Shown here piece after piece: positions 8,604 through 19,523 of a stretch of 64,000 nucleotides of DNA. The translations under genes and the position numbers were made by a program. Position 1 is the stretch's first letter, and every line of letters starts with the position of its first letter. Under the pieces are notes generated by a model. It had not been told where the DNA came from and did no database searches. It worked only from the letters and a program-made list of their open reading frames with translations. This stretch comes from Leptolyngbya sp. ERB_1_1 (GTDB lineage: Bacteria > Cyanobacteriota > Cyanobacteriia > Leptolyngbyales > Leptolyngbyaceae), in contig PSLO01000009.1 in the NCBI GenBank assembly GCA_040289665.1, positions 3,308-67,307 on the forward strand. Direction: 5' to 3'.

Positions 8604-11168
8604 CTAACCTTTCGCTTTTGCCTCCAGATTTTCGAGGCGGCTCTTTAGATCTTGATTCTCCTTCTTGAGTTGATCAAGTTCTTCACGCAGTTGTTTCACC
8701 GCTTTATCAGCGCCTGCATTCTTCTGCACAGTCTGAATTGATTCTTCAGCCATGCGACGAACGCGACCATCGGGAGTTTGATCCGCGAGAGATTGAAGCA
8801 GCCCGATCGCTTTTATCGTTTCCATCTGTCCTAGAGCCATCGCAACCGCAACTTGAGTTAGAAAGAAGGTTTCGCGAGAAAGGGTTTTCAATCGCTCTAA
8901 AATTCGTTCTAGGTTGATGTTGTTTTGCCCGGTAGAGATTGTGCCGAGTGCGCGAATTGCAGCAAGCCGAAGGGGTTGTGGTACACCGGGCTGCGTGTAT
9001 TCCAGCATCAAATTCAGGGCAGCTTCTGAGGTTTTGAGATGGCTCAATGCCCCAACTGCGCCTGCTCTGACGACTTCGTTCCAACCTTGCCGCTGTTTGA
9101 GAACGGTATCGATCAGTTTCAGGGTTTGTTCTTCAGAGGATTCGCTTAGTCCCGATGCGGCGACTTTTCCAAAACTTCGGAGGGCTGTGGCTTCGACGTA
9201 GTAGCTGGCATCCCCTTTTTCCACGATCGAGCCTAATGCTGCATAGCTCTCTGGTGTTGCAATTTGCGAGAGACTGGCGACGATCGCGCGTCTAACTCGT
9301 GCATCAGAATCGCTTAATCCTGTGATCACAACTTCAACGGCTTGATCGAGTTTAATCGTGGCAAGGCTTTCTGCAACTTCGGCGCGGACTCCCCAGAAGC
9401 GATCGTTTTTCAGCGAGTCAGACAAGACTTTTACGGCTTCGAGTCCGCCTTTCTTGGCGATCGCTTGTGCTGCATAAAGTCGCGAAACTGGATCAGGATC
9501 ATACTGCAATTGGGCTTTGAGTTCGGGGAGCGGATACTCTAACTCAACTGTTTTGAGATGATAGTTATCGACATCAAAGCTAATAAAATCGGGTTTCTTT
9601 TCTAATGGAAAGTAGAAGCTTTGCTCTTTTTCGTGAATTCGCACCGTAAACGTTTTTTGATCAACGTTGCCATCATTCACGAAACTAATTCCGATCGGAA
9701 TCTTGAGGTCAAATAGCTCCGATTGTGATTGCGATACAGTAATTTTCGCAAGATTACTCTCAGAATCCCAAGCATAGCCGAGTTTGTAATCAGGATGTCC
9801 ACCCCGATAGACATATTGATCAAACAAAAATGCGAGATTTCGACCCGTGGTTTTCTCGATCGCTCTCAACAAATCAATCGTCTCTACAGTTCGATGAGCA
9901 TTGTCATGGAGAAAAGTTGCGATCGAGCGATCAAACAAGTCATCGCCCAACTCCGCCCGCATCATGTGATACACACAAGAACCCTTCTCATAAATATGGC
10001 GATCGTAAAGCTCGATCGCTTCTCGATAAACGTGCGTTACTAGCGATCGACGATAGCGGGAAGCATCTTCATCGAGATACTGCCTTGCTTGACCCAATAA
10101 GTAATACAGTGCTTCTTCTCGCCCGTATTCCTCTTCGATCCACAGCACTTCTGCATAAGAAGCCATTCCTTCTTTTACCCAAGCGTGTGACCAATGTTTG
10201 ATCACCACTAAATCTCCGAACCATTGATGCGCTAGTTCGTGAGCGACTAAGACTTCGGTCGTACGATTGTCGATCGCTGCACGTTCATCGAGCAAACAGC
10301 GATCGGTTAACAACGTGGTTGAAGTGTTCTCCATGCCACCGAAAATGAAATCATCAACGCAAACTTGAGCATACTTCGGAAACGCATACGGATAGCCATA
10401 CTTCTGGCTGTAAAACTCAATCATCCGAGGTGTTTTACCCATGCTGAGTCGCGCTTGGTCTTCACGCCCTTTCTCGACATAGTAAGTCACGGATTTGCCC
10501 TGCCATTCGTCGCGCAGTTCGGCAAAATCTCCGATCGCTAATGTCATCAGATAAGTCGGATGAATCTCTCTCTGATACCAGTGATAAATCTGAGTGTCTC
10601 CCCGATCTTCGGTTGCCATCAATTCACCATTCGAGACCGCAATCAACGGTTTAGGAATCTGTACTCGAATTTCTGAAGTGGCTAACTGTCCCGGATAGTC
10701 AAAGCAGGGAAACCAGAAGCGTGAATCTTCATCTTCGCCTTGTGTCCAAACTTGAGTCGGTTTACTTGGATAGTCCTGAGTCGGTGCGATGAAATAGATG
10801 CCGCGTTGTGGCTTCTCGACGTGATACGCGATCGCTAATTCAATCTTTTCACCAATTTTCGTAGGCTGTTTGAGATGAATCTGCAACTGTTCACCGTCAT
10901 AGTCAAACTGCTGCGGAACATCGTCGATCTTAACGGTTTCAATGTTAAGATTCACCGCATCTAACGTTAAGCGATCGATGCCATTGCGAATCGGATTGAG
11001 CCGAATCGTGCAGGTTCCTGTGTAGCTTTGATTAGGAATATCAAGGATTAGATCGAGAAAAATGTGTTCGACTTGTCCCGGACGATCAGGATTGTAGTGA
11101 GGACGTGCGCCCGGTAACTCGAATGATTTGTACTGATTATTCGTATCTATAGAAAATTGGTGAAGCAT
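8604..11168 (-). CDS. pepN: M1-family aminopeptidase N with C-terminal HEAT repeats and coiled coil
   Basis: GGMEN exopeptidase motif, HELAHQW...W.KEG zinc motif, YEKG, then HEAT/PBS-like repeats. Confidence 0.9.
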   Translation of the reverse strand: MLHQFSIDTNNQYKSFELPGARPHYNPDRPGQVEHIFLDLILDIPNQSYTGTCTIRLNPIRNGIDRLTLDAVNLNIETVKIDDVPQQFDYDGEQLQIHLKQPTKIGEKIELAIAYHVEKPQRGIYFIAPTQDYPSKPTQVWTQGEDEDSRFWFPCFDYPGQLATSEIRVQIPKPLIAVSNGELMATEDRGDTQIYHWYQREIHPTYLMTLAIGDFAELRDEWQGKSVTYYVEKGREDQARLSMGKTPRMIEFYSQKYGYPYAFPKYAQVCVDDFIFGGMENTSTTLLTDRCLLDERAAIDNRTTEVLVAHELAHQWFGDLVVIKHWSHAWVKEGMASYAEVLWIEEEYGREEALYYLLGQARQYLDEDASRYRRSLVTHVYREAIELYDRHIYEKGSCVYHMMRAELGDDLFDRSIATFLHDNAHRTVETIDLLRAIEKTTGRNLAFLFDQYVYRGGHPDYKLGYAWDSESNLAKITVSQSQSELFDLKIPIGISFVNDGNVDQKTFTVRIHEKEQSFYFPLEKKPDFISFDVDNYHLKTVELEYPLPELKAQLQYDPDPVSRLYAAQAIAKKGGLEAVKVLSDSLKNDRFWGVRAEVAESLATIKLDQAVEVVITGLSDSDARVRRAIVASLSQIATPESYAALGSIVEKGDASYYVEATALRSFGKVAASGLSESSEEQTLKLIDTVLKQRQGWNEVVRAGAVGALSHLKTSEAALNLMLEYTQPGVPQPLRLAAIRALGTISTGQNNINLERILERLKTLSRETFFLTQVAVAMALGQMETIKAIGLLQSLADQTPDGRVRRMAEESIQTVQKNAGADKAVKQLREELDQLKKENQDLKSRLENLEAKAKG

Positions 11169-11553
11169 ATTGTGGTTCTGACCCTACGATTTTCAAGTTT
11201 AGCGATAGTTCGATCATCTCAACTTTCTGGACGATAACAAAAAACGTTGAATTTGAAATTGCTGAATTTGTGAAGATAACTCGATCACCGCAATTCGCGC
11301 GTATTTGTGGTACATGGCACATTTAGCTGGGCACAATCGATCAGAACACGTCCTTGCGTGCCGTTCGGCAACGCTCCTTGAGACTAATTTACGAACCTTT
11401 GGAACTTTACCGCACCGAGACGGGACAAAAACTGCATCCCTGTTCTACTCAGCGCTTAGCCAGTTTAAAAACTGACACATACTTCGCGTCTATTTACCGA
11501 AGTATGGTCGTTGCGGCGTGTAGCGACTGATGTATCTACCAAGACCGAACCTC

Positions 11554-12762
11554 ATGAAAGCAAAGTCCACCAAAGCGACTCTAGGCGAGTCTGCCCTTCT
11601 CACTGCACCAGGAGCCGACATCGCAGCCGCCCAGATCGAGCGCACTGAGCAACTCGCGCAGCAACTTGTAGCCGAACTCGCAACCGAACTCAACATCACC
11701 GGAACCACGATCGAGCGGGTTGCCCATCGCATTGCTACCGAAGTCGATCGCATTTGCAGCAAGAGCGATCGCATTCAATCTTCTGGGCAGGTGGGTTCTT
11801 GGCGACTGACGCTGGCACGCTACCGTTTACAAAAATGTGTACATTTCTACCAGCTTGGCTCTCAACGCGGACGGGTTGAACTTCATAGCAACCTCAGTAC
11901 AATGGTCTATCGCCCGATCGCGCCCACTCATCTCCAATTGACGTTCCAAGCTCGCTACACCTTAATTGAGGACTTCCTTCAAGGCTTCTACACGGAAGCG
12001 CTCAGAGCTTTTCGGCGTGAAAACGAACTTGCAGAGAACTATCAGCCGCGTACCCGACTAGAACTCGCAGAATACATGGCGTTTACCGAGCAGTATGCGA
12101 AACGGCGCATCACCTTACCCACCCAACACAATCAACAGTTAATTATTCTCCGCGCTCAACGCTTTGCCAGCCGTCAACCACAAGAAATCGCGGTCGATAT
12201 CGAAACAGCAATGGAGACGGCAAAGAGTGATGAAACAGAAACGTATGGGCGGTCTGGAATCATGCAAATGATCCGGGAACAGATGGTTTCAGAAAAAGCT
12301 GATCCGTCGGAATCGGCATTGCGCGATCGAGTAGTCATCGAACTTATGCACTATCTTGAATCCCAAGATCAAAAAGACTGTGCAGACTATCTCACGCTGA
12401 AACTTCAAGATCTTTCTGTTCCAGAGATTGATGAAATCTTAGGCTTGTCTCCTCGTAAACGCGATTATCTGCAACAGCGCTTCAAGTACCATGTCGAGAA
12501 ATTTATTACTTCTGGCAACTGGAAACTAGTGCATGAGTGGTTGGGAGCCGACCTTGATCAGAATTTAGGATTGTCGTCGCATCAGTGGGATGCGTTTATG
12601 GATAAACTATCTGATGAACAACAACAACTACTGAAATTAAAGCGATCGGGAGCGAGTGATCAAGAGATTGTGCAAATTCTCAAATGCACCCCAAAGCAGC
12701 TACAAAAACGATGGGGAACTTTGCTCGATTTGGCACGGCAACAGCGCAATCAAGCGCAGTAA
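11554..12762 (+). CDS. hetZ: HetZ-related protein (alternative start 11530)
   Basis: RIATEVDRIC...RIQSSG, YQLGSQRGRVELHSNLS, LIEDFLQGFY, ELAEYMAFTEQY, LGLSPRKRDYLQQRFKYHVEKF and HEWLGADL recognised as HetZ family. Confidence 0.75.
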   Translation: MKAKSTKATLGESALLTAPGADIAAAQIERTEQLAQQLVAELATELNITGTTIERVAHRIATEVDRICSKSDRIQSSGQVGSWRLTLARYRLQKCVHFYQLGSQRGRVELHSNLSTMVYRPIAPTHLQLTFQARYTLIEDFLQGFYTEALRAFRRENELAENYQPRTRLELAEYMAFTEQYAKRRITLPTQHNQQLIILRAQRFASRQPQEIAVDIETAMETAKSDETETYGRSGIMQMIREQMVSEKADPSESALRDRVVIELMHYLESQDQKDCADYLTLKLQDLSVPEIDEILGLSPRKRDYLQQRFKYHVEKFITSGNWKLVHEWLGADLDQNLGLSSHQWDAFMDKLSDEQQQLLKLKRSGASDQEIVQILKCTPKQLQKRWGTLLDLARQQRNQAQ

Positions 12763-12798
12763 TTCGGAATTCGATTTGGTAGTGCAATTTGGTAGTAT

Positions 12799-12828
12799 AA
12801 CGGGATGGAGCAATCCACCCCGTTTTTT
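12799..12828 (+). terminator. Intrinsic terminator after hetZ
   Basis: AACGGG-A-TGGA-GCAA-TCCA-C-CCCGTT hairpin with a GNRA loop, followed by a T-run. Confidence 0.75.
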
Positions 12829-12859
12829 ATCTATAACTTTATAAGGTCAGTCAGTTGTT

Positions 12860-13084
12860 TCAGACATCCTGAACTTTAGCGTCAGAATTTAGCAGCCAAA
12901 GCTTTTCTAGTCTTTCTCGTCGGCGACGACGTACGGTAGAACGATGTTTTCTGTAGCCTATTATTAGTGCGATCAGGATAACAGGAAACAGAAGTGCCAG
13001 TATTCCTTCTGCGATCGCAGTGGATGAGTGTGTCGAAGCAGGAGTGGTAACTGAAATGCTCCGCTGAGTTGTGCCTCCTTGCAT
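12860..13084 (-). CDS. Small single-pass membrane protein (74 aa)
   Basis: AGGAGG RBS before the ATG at 13084. Hydrophobic GILALLFPVILIALIIGY followed by a basic RKHRSTVRRRRRERLEKLW tail. Confidence 0.7.
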   Translation of the reverse strand: MQGGTTQRSISVTTPASTHSSTAIAEGILALLFPVILIALIIGYRKHRSTVRRRRRERLEKLWLLNSDAKVQDV

Positions 13085-13159
13085 TGATTCCTCCTGTGAT
13101 ATGTGAAGTACTAAACTATATAACGTACGTGCTATACAGATTATGCAGACCAAGATCGA

Positions 13160-16100
13160 TTACGAGCACACAGGAATTGAAATCGTAAACTCTGTTCCTT
13201 CATTAGGCTTCGAGGTGAAGGTTAATGTACCGCTGTGCTTTTCTACTACAATCTGGTAGCAAATGGGTAGCCCTAATCCTGTGCCTTTGCCTGCTGGCTT
13301 GGTGGTAAAAAAGGCTTCAAAGAGACGCTGCTGGACTTCTAGAGGCATCCCTGCACCGTTATCTGAAATTCGTATGACGGCATTGTTCTTTTCTAGACTT
13401 GTTGCGATCGTAATTACATTCGGAGCTTGTTCTAGATCTTTATAAGACTTGCCTTGGTTAGAGTCTTCTAAAGCATCGATCGCATTTGCAAGTAGATTCA
13501 TAAACACTTGATTGAGTTGCGCTACAAAGCAAAAGACTTCAGGTAGTTGCTCATAGTGCTTGATGACTTGAATTGCAGGACGCTCAGAGTTTGCCTTTAA
13601 GCGATGTGCCAAGATCATCAGTGTCGAATCCAATCCTTTATGCAAATCAGCAGCCTGTTTCTCAGTGCTATCAGTGCGCGAGTAGCTGCGAAGAGAGGAC
13701 ATAATATCTTTGATTCGTTCAATGCCTAGCTTCATCGAATCGATCATCTTGGGAAGGTCTTCGATGACAAATTCTAACTCGATGTCATTGATCAAGTCAG
13801 CGATCGTTGCATTGAAATCCGGATAAATCTCTTGATATTTGCGAATTAGCTCGATTAAATCAGCAACATATTGAGCCGCATATTTGAGATTACCGGAGAT
13901 AAAACCGACAGGATTGTTCACTTCATGAGCTACCCCCGCAACGAGCTGACCTAAACTAGAAATTTTCTCTGTTTGAATCAGTTGAGTTTGAGTGTGCTGG
14001 AGTTGATGAAGGGATTGCTCAAGCTGGGATGCGCGATCGCGTTCTTGTGCTTCAGCGATTTGGAGATCTTGATATAGCGAGGCGTTGGAAATTGCGATCG
14101 CAATTTGAGAAGACAACAATGATAGAACTTTCCAGCGATCAGAAGTAAAGGCATGAGTCATCTGGCGATGCTCTAAGTAAAAGATGCCAACGATTTGATT
14201 TTGATACTCGACTGGAAAGCATAGAATTGATTTTGGCTGGTGCTCCAGGATATAAGGATCAGTCTCGAAAGCTGGCTCGATAGTAGCATCGTGGATTAAC
14301 TGTTTTTCTCGCGTTCGAGCGACATAATGAATGAGTGAAATTGGAACTGCTTGATTGAGGGAAGGAGGAAACGATCGCAGCAAGGTAATTTGGTCGCGAT
14401 CGCTAATCCCTTGTGCCACAATGCTCCAAGCATCATCCTCTAGAAGTAAGATTGTTCCAGTTTGCGCTCCGGCATTCTCCATCACCACTCGGATCAGTGT
14501 CTCAAGCAGTTTATCAAGCTGGATTTCTTGCGAGATGATCTGAGATGCTTTCAGAATTGTTGAGAGATCGAGAAGTTCAGAGGTGTTACTGCTGCTAGAA
14601 GAGAGATGAGAAATCGAAAATGTTTGATCCGGCGAGGAGGATTCAGCGCTATGAATGAACCTCGATAGTTGAGGATAGTAGTGTTCTAGTTGTGCAAGTT
14701 TGGCGATTGCTCCCCAAGCCCGATAAAGATAGTAAGCTTCAAGTAAGAAAGCTTGAGCAATGTTTTCTTTACCATCGGCGATCCAGAATCTGGCGGTTTG
14801 CTCGTTGACTAAAGCAATATTCGGTGTAAATTCATTGAGTGTTGCTTGCGTGAGTGCTTGATCATAGAGATCAATTGCGCGTAGGCGATCACCTACCAAT
14901 CGTGCCATTTCTGCTTCAATCAAGTTGTATTGATGCAAAAAGTTTTCTGGACAATGCTCTGCCCAAATTTTCATCTGCTGCTGGTTGCTTGATAGTTGCT
15001 GCCAGAGTTGTTTTTGCTTGTCTGAGTCCGCTTTTGAATAGGAGGCAGCTAAGATCAAAGAATGATAAAAATTAAACTCAGCAAGTGAAATACAGCCTGG
15101 AATGTATTGGCGTAATGGCTCCGCGTCTTCAATGCATCGTAAAGCTTCAGGAATACGATCAAACAAATAGAGAATTTGTGCCTTGAGAATTTGATAGTAG
15201 CAGATTGCTGATAAACTGGAGCGCGATCGACAATCTTCTAAGAATTGGTCCTGCTTTAGGTTTTTGGCAGTACCTTGAAGCTCCTGAATTGCGAAATGAC
15301 AACCCATCAAGTAGTCAAGGACAATTTGATTCTGCGTCTGTTGAGCAAACTTTAAATAATCAAGAATCTTCAGATTTAGACTATCTAAATCGATACCTTG
15401 GTAGAAACAACTAATGATCTGAAGCCCAATATTATAGCCCGCAAACTGAAGTTCTCCCGACTCCAAACCTGCTTGATAGCCTTCCATGTAAGTTGTTGCA
15501 TCCTCTTTCAAAGGGCGCACCCAATGATTGACCGAGCCAGCGATTACAAGGCAAACTTTGCATTTTTCAGCTTGATCATTGAATCTTTCAGCAATCTTTA
15601 AGCTGAGTTGACCAAATTCGTATCCAGCTTGGTATTCTCTCAGCATTGAGCCAAGAATCAGTCCATATTCTGAATAACCGTAGGTCGATTCTGGAAGCTG
15701 ACCATACTGCAAAGAAAGGTTTACCAGGTTCATCACCACAATCATCCAGAGCGTATGATTAGAATAATAAGTGGGTGAACCCAGTGAATTGAGCAGCTTT
15801 ACCGCAAATTTTTGCTCCGGGATGCTGATTTCTGCATCGTTGAGAATCTCAGAGATTTTCCTGCCGCTTAAGAGTTGTTTGGCTTGAGCAAGCTCGATTT
15901 CTAAAACAGCTTCTAAATTAGACTCTGGAAATGAGACTCCTAGAAGTTTCAGCGCAGTCCGTCCAGTCTCGATCGCATCCTGGTACTGAGTTTTCAACGT
16001 GTAAAGAACAATTAGGAGTCTATAGATTTCTGCTTTCTCTAAAACGGTTTCTGCATGAGAAAGACAACAATCGATCAATTGTTGCGCTTGATCAAAGTTT

Positions 16101-18514
16101 GCAAGTAAATACTCGACTTCAGCTTGCTCTTTGTGCAATCTAAACATCAAATCATAATGCTCAGACCAAGCAGTTTCGCTCAAGATCTCTCTGGCACTTG
16201 TGAAATATTTTTGTGCTGCATTGTAAGCCGTTGCTTGCTTTGCTTTGTTTCCTGCCTGTAAGTTTAATTGTGCAAGCTTAAGCTGTTCGGCTGGATCAGT
16301 AACTAAAGATTGTCCAATGTTAAAGTGTTCAGCAAGTTCAAAAATCAGACCATCGCGCTGTTCAGATGTCGTTTTTTCAAGCAGCAATTGCCCAATCTGT
16401 AAATGAACCGATTGCTTCTGACGATCGCTGATCAGTTCATAAGCAGCTTGATGAATTCGATCGTGCAAAAAGCGATAGTTCAAGCAAACTAAGTTTGTCG
16501 TTGCTGGATCAATTTCGGGTGCAGAAGTTGGAACAATCGCGCCGAGATCGATCGCAGCATTCAGAATGTTCGATAGTTCCGCTTGTGAGGTTGAGTGAAT
16601 GAGTGCAAGCGTTTTCAAATCAAATCGATTACCAATACAAGCTGCAAACTGGAGAATCTGTTGAGTGATGTCGGGCAGCTTTTTTAGCTTGCGGAGCATC
16701 AGTTCGACAACGTTATCGGTAATATCGATCGCTACAATTTTCTCAATGTCCCACTGCCACCTTCTACACTCGATATCAAACCAAAGAAGCTTCTCTTGAT
16801 AGAGCATCTTTAGCAATTCATTTACAAAAAATGGATTGCCTTCGGTCTTCTGCATCACTAATTCTGTTAGTGGCTGCACTTCGTCGATCGCACAATGCAA
16901 CGTATCAGCAATCAAATTCGCAACTTGCTCGGCTGCCAATGGAGTCAGCACGATCGGATTCAGTCTCACTTTTGCTGCTTGAAGTTGCTCAAACAACATC
17001 ATTAAAGGATGTGCTGTATCGATTTCATTGGCGCGATAAGCTCCAATCAAAAATAGATGCTGTGTTTTCTCATTGATCAGCATGAGATTGATCAAGCGCA
17101 ATGATGCGGAGTCTGCCCACTGTAAGTCATCGAGAAAAACGACAAACGGATGTGCAGGCTGACAAAACACACGAATGAAAGTCTGAAATAGGAGATCGAA
17201 GCGGTTTTGTGCTTCGGCTGGGGGTAGAACTGCCACCGCAGGCTGAGCGCCGATGATCCATTCAAGTTCAGGAATCACTTCTACAATCACTTGTGCCTGT
17301 GTTCCCAATGCTGCAAGTAGCTGTTCGCGCCAGTGCTGTAGCTGCTCTTCTGATTCGCTCAGTAACTGCCGCATCAGCGATTGAAAAGCAACGACGATCG
17401 CAGAATACGGAATGTTTCGCTGCAACTGATCGAACTTACCTGAGACGAAATAGCCGCGCCGTTGAACAATCGGTTTATAGACCTCCTGCACAAGCGAAGA
17501 TTTTCCGACTCCAGAGTATCCAGTTACCAGGACGAATTCGCTCGATATCGTCTCTGAATTTACAACCCGATCGAAGCTACTCAGCAAAGCTTGAACTTCG
17601 TAGGTGCGTCCATAAAGCTTTGCTGGAATTTGAAAGCGATCGCATAAATCCTGCTGTCCTAACAGAAAGGATTCAATCTTCTCTGATTGTTGATATTGTT
17701 GTTGGCAATGTTCTAAATCATGCTGCAAGCCGATCGCACTTTGATAGCGATCTTCTGCCGTTTTTGCCATCAGTTTCAGCACGATCGCAGATACCCTTTC
17801 AGGAATGTCTGGATTTAGCTCTGTTGGTGCAATCGGCTCCCTTGCAAGATGACAGTAGACTAGTTCTAGCGGATCACGCGATTTAAACGGAAGGCGCTGC
17901 GTCAAAAGTTGGTAGAAGGTAACTCCGAGTGAATAAAAATCAGTGCGATAGTCGATTTCTCGATTCATTCGCCCAGTTTGCTCTGGGGACACATAAGCAA
18001 GCGTTCCTTCTAGCCCGATCGGGCTGATCAAAGACTGTGTTTCTTTTTGTAGAACCGTTGCAATGCTGAAATCAGTAATTTTGACCTGCTGAGTTTTTGG
18101 ATTGATCAAAAGATTCGCAGGTTTAATATCTTTGTGAATGATTCCGTGTTGGTGCAATTGAGCTAGCGTCTGGGCAATTTGAATGGCGATCAAGAAAAAC
18201 TTGCTCAAGCTTAGAGTATGATTCTCGTAGTATTGTTTGAGCGAAACCGCGCCAAAATCCTCTAGCACCAGCGCTAAAGCGGCTCCATAATTCTCAACGC
18301 AATAAGAGCGAACGACTCCAGGTAAATCGAGCGACTCTGACAAGGTGAACTGTCTACGAAATGCTGCCAGTTCTCTCGGTGTCGGATACTGACCTTTGAG
18401 CAGCTTAATCACAACAGGATGCTGGTCATGCGATCGCATTCCCCGATAGACCAAGGTTTTTGTACTTTCGTAGATTTTTTCGGTAAATTGATATCCAGGA
18501 AGTACAGGTAACAT
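13160..18514 (-). CDS. Ser/Thr kinase - AAA ATPase - GAF - histidine kinase fusion (HstK-like)
   Basis: HKDIKPAN and DFS kinase motifs, GYSGVGKS Walker A, FLDDLQWAD Walker B, GAF domain, H-box VAHEVNNP, GKGTGLGL. Confidence 0.92.
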   Translation of the reverse strand: MLPVLPGYQFTEKIYESTKTLVYRGMRSHDQHPVVIKLLKGQYPTPRELAAFRRQFTLSESLDLPGVVRSYCVENYGAALALVLEDFGAVSLKQYYENHTLSLSKFFLIAIQIAQTLAQLHQHGIIHKDIKPANLLINPKTQQVKITDFSIATVLQKETQSLISPIGLEGTLAYVSPEQTGRMNREIDYRTDFYSLGVTFYQLLTQRLPFKSRDPLELVYCHLAREPIAPTELNPDIPERVSAIVLKLMAKTAEDRYQSAIGLQHDLEHCQQQYQQSEKIESFLLGQQDLCDRFQIPAKLYGRTYEVQALLSSFDRVVNSETISSEFVLVTGYSGVGKSSLVQEVYKPIVQRRGYFVSGKFDQLQRNIPYSAIVVAFQSLMRQLLSESEEQLQHWREQLLAALGTQAQVIVEVIPELEWIIGAQPAVAVLPPAEAQNRFDLLFQTFIRVFCQPAHPFVVFLDDLQWADSASLRLINLMLINEKTQHLFLIGAYRANEIDTAHPLMMLFEQLQAAKVRLNPIVLTPLAAEQVANLIADTLHCAIDEVQPLTELVMQKTEGNPFFVNELLKMLYQEKLLWFDIECRRWQWDIEKIVAIDITDNVVELMLRKLKKLPDITQQILQFAACIGNRFDLKTLALIHSTSQAELSNILNAAIDLGAIVPTSAPEIDPATTNLVCLNYRFLHDRIHQAAYELISDRQKQSVHLQIGQLLLEKTTSEQRDGLIFELAEHFNIGQSLVTDPAEQLKLAQLNLQAGNKAKQATAYNAAQKYFTSAREILSETAWSEHYDLMFRLHKEQAEVEYLLANFDQAQQLIDCCLSHAETVLEKAEIYRLLIVLYTLKTQYQDAIETGRTALKLLGVSFPESNLEAVLEIELAQAKQLLSGRKISEILNDAEISIPEQKFAVKLLNSLGSPTYYSNHTLWMIVVMNLVNLSLQYGQLPESTYGYSEYGLILGSMLREYQAGYEFGQLSLKIAERFNDQAEKCKVCLVIAGSVNHWVRPLKEDATTYMEGYQAGLESGELQFAGYNIGLQIISCFYQGIDLDSLNLKILDYLKFAQQTQNQIVLDYLMGCHFAIQELQGTAKNLKQDQFLEDCRSRSSLSAICYYQILKAQILYLFDRIPEALRCIEDAEPLRQYIPGCISLAEFNFYHSLILAASYSKADSDKQKQLWQQLSSNQQQMKIWAEHCPENFLHQYNLIEAEMARLVGDRLRAIDLYDQALTQATLNEFTPNIALVNEQTARFWIADGKENIAQAFLLEAYYLYRAWGAIAKLAQLEHYYPQLSRFIHSAESSSPDQTFSISHLSSSSSNTSELLDLSTILKASQIISQEIQLDKLLETLIRVVMENAGAQTGTILLLEDDAWSIVAQGISDRDQITLLRSFPPSLNQAVPISLIHYVARTREKQLIHDATIEPAFETDPYILEHQPKSILCFPVEYQNQIVGIFYLEHRQMTHAFTSDRWKVLSLLSSQIAIAISNASLYQDLQIAEAQERDRASQLEQSLHQLQHTQTQLIQTEKISSLGQLVAGVAHEVNNPVGFISGNLKYAAQYVADLIELIRKYQEIYPDFNATIADLINDIELEFVIEDLPKMIDSMKLGIERIKDIMSSLRSYSRTDSTEKQAADLHKGLDSTLMILAHRLKANSERPAIQVIKHYEQLPEVFCFVAQLNQVFMNLLANAIDALEDSNQGKSYKDLEQAPNVITIATSLEKNNAVIRISDNGAGMPLEVQQRLFEAFFTTKPAGKGTGLGLPICYQIVVEKHSGTLTFTSKPNEGTEFTISIPVCS

Positions 18515-18612
18515 TTCGCGCTTACTTGAGTGTCAACAGGCTTAGATTGCCCATTGATACAAGTTCAGCAACGATCTAGAAATCGCGAATTGCGAGAATT
18601 AACGCTGCACTG

Positions 18613-19488
18613 TTACCAGTTGCGCCATCCGCCTCTAGCTGCTTCTTTGCCAGACTCTTTTGTTCGGGCATCGATCAAAGATTGATATTCTTGTGAACTT
18701 GCCCAGCGATCGATCTCCCGCGCTCTTAAAACGGGAACCGGATGCGAAAGTTGTGCGGTTTGGAGTTGCTTGAGCATTTCTCCGATCTCGGTCTTGCTAA
18801 TGTCATCGTAGGCACGCGCTTGAGCGATAAAGGCATCGAGATTTAGCTGCTTCGCTAAAGTCGGTGATCCGCCCGTGAGTTTCATCATCACAGACATGGT
18901 AATTTTTGGATCTTGAGTGGCGAGGAGTGCGGCTCGATCGCAGGTAAATTCGGCACAGCGCACCCAGTTGAGAATTTGAGCCTGCAAGCCTTGGGTAATC
19001 ACACCGCCGATCGGAAACGGCAACTGTCCTGCTGCTAGGACTAGCACATTTGCCAAAGTGAGATAAACGCTATGGTCACATTTGAGATGTCCCAATTCGT
19101 GAGCAATCACCGCTTGAATTTCTTCTGGCGTGAGCAATTCGATCAGTGACGTGTGCATCACGATAAAGGGCTGTCTCCCACGCATTGCAAACGTGTAGGC
19201 GTTGGGGACAGGATGCTGACGCACATAAAGCTGAGGTGCTTCGAGATCGAGAATTCGGCTGGCTTCGATCAGGAGCTTGTGTAGCTCTGGAAGCTGTTGG
19301 TCGCTGACAAGAATGCTAGAAGCAATGTTCTCTAAATAGAAAAATTGTTCTGCCACCGGACCTAATAGATTGCGGATCGCGAGATCCAATCCAGGCAACT
19401 GTTTCAATGCGTTTGTTGCCTCTAGATCTAGAGGATGGCGGAATTGGTCGGCTTTTAGCCCGATAAGCGTTGACTTTGAGAAGGACAT
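18613..19488 (-). CDS. M48-family zinc metalloprotease
   Basis: HELGH zinc motif, EFTCDRA, SHP. Likely start MSFSK at 19488; the ORF-track start overlaps the upstream gene. Confidence 0.88.
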   Translation of the reverse strand: MSFSKSTLIGLKADQFRHPLDLEATNALKQLPGLDLAIRNLLGPVAEQFFYLENIASSILVSDQQLPELHKLLIEASRILDLEAPQLYVRQHPVPNAYTFAMRGRQPFIVMHTSLIELLTPEEIQAVIAHELGHLKCDHSVYLTLANVLVLAAGQLPFPIGGVITQGLQAQILNWVRCAEFTCDRAALLATQDPKITMSVMMKLTGGSPTLAKQLNLDAFIAQARAYDDISKTEIGEMLKQLQTAQLSHPVPVLRAREIDRWASSQEYQSLIDARTKESGKEAARGGWRNW

Positions 19489-19523
19489 ACAGCCACCGTG
19501 ATAGTACAGACCGTCGCAGATTT

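Noticed and set aside
11421-11440. GGGA...TCCC upstream of hetZ as a HetR site
   Set aside because: The spacing is far longer than the GGG-N5-CCC HetR motif.
11581-11778. Antisense ORF containing DRGSGD near hetZ as a PatS/PatX-like peptide
   Set aside because: The motif is RGSGD, not RG(S/T)GR; there is no hydrophobic N-terminus; it is a shadow of hetZ.
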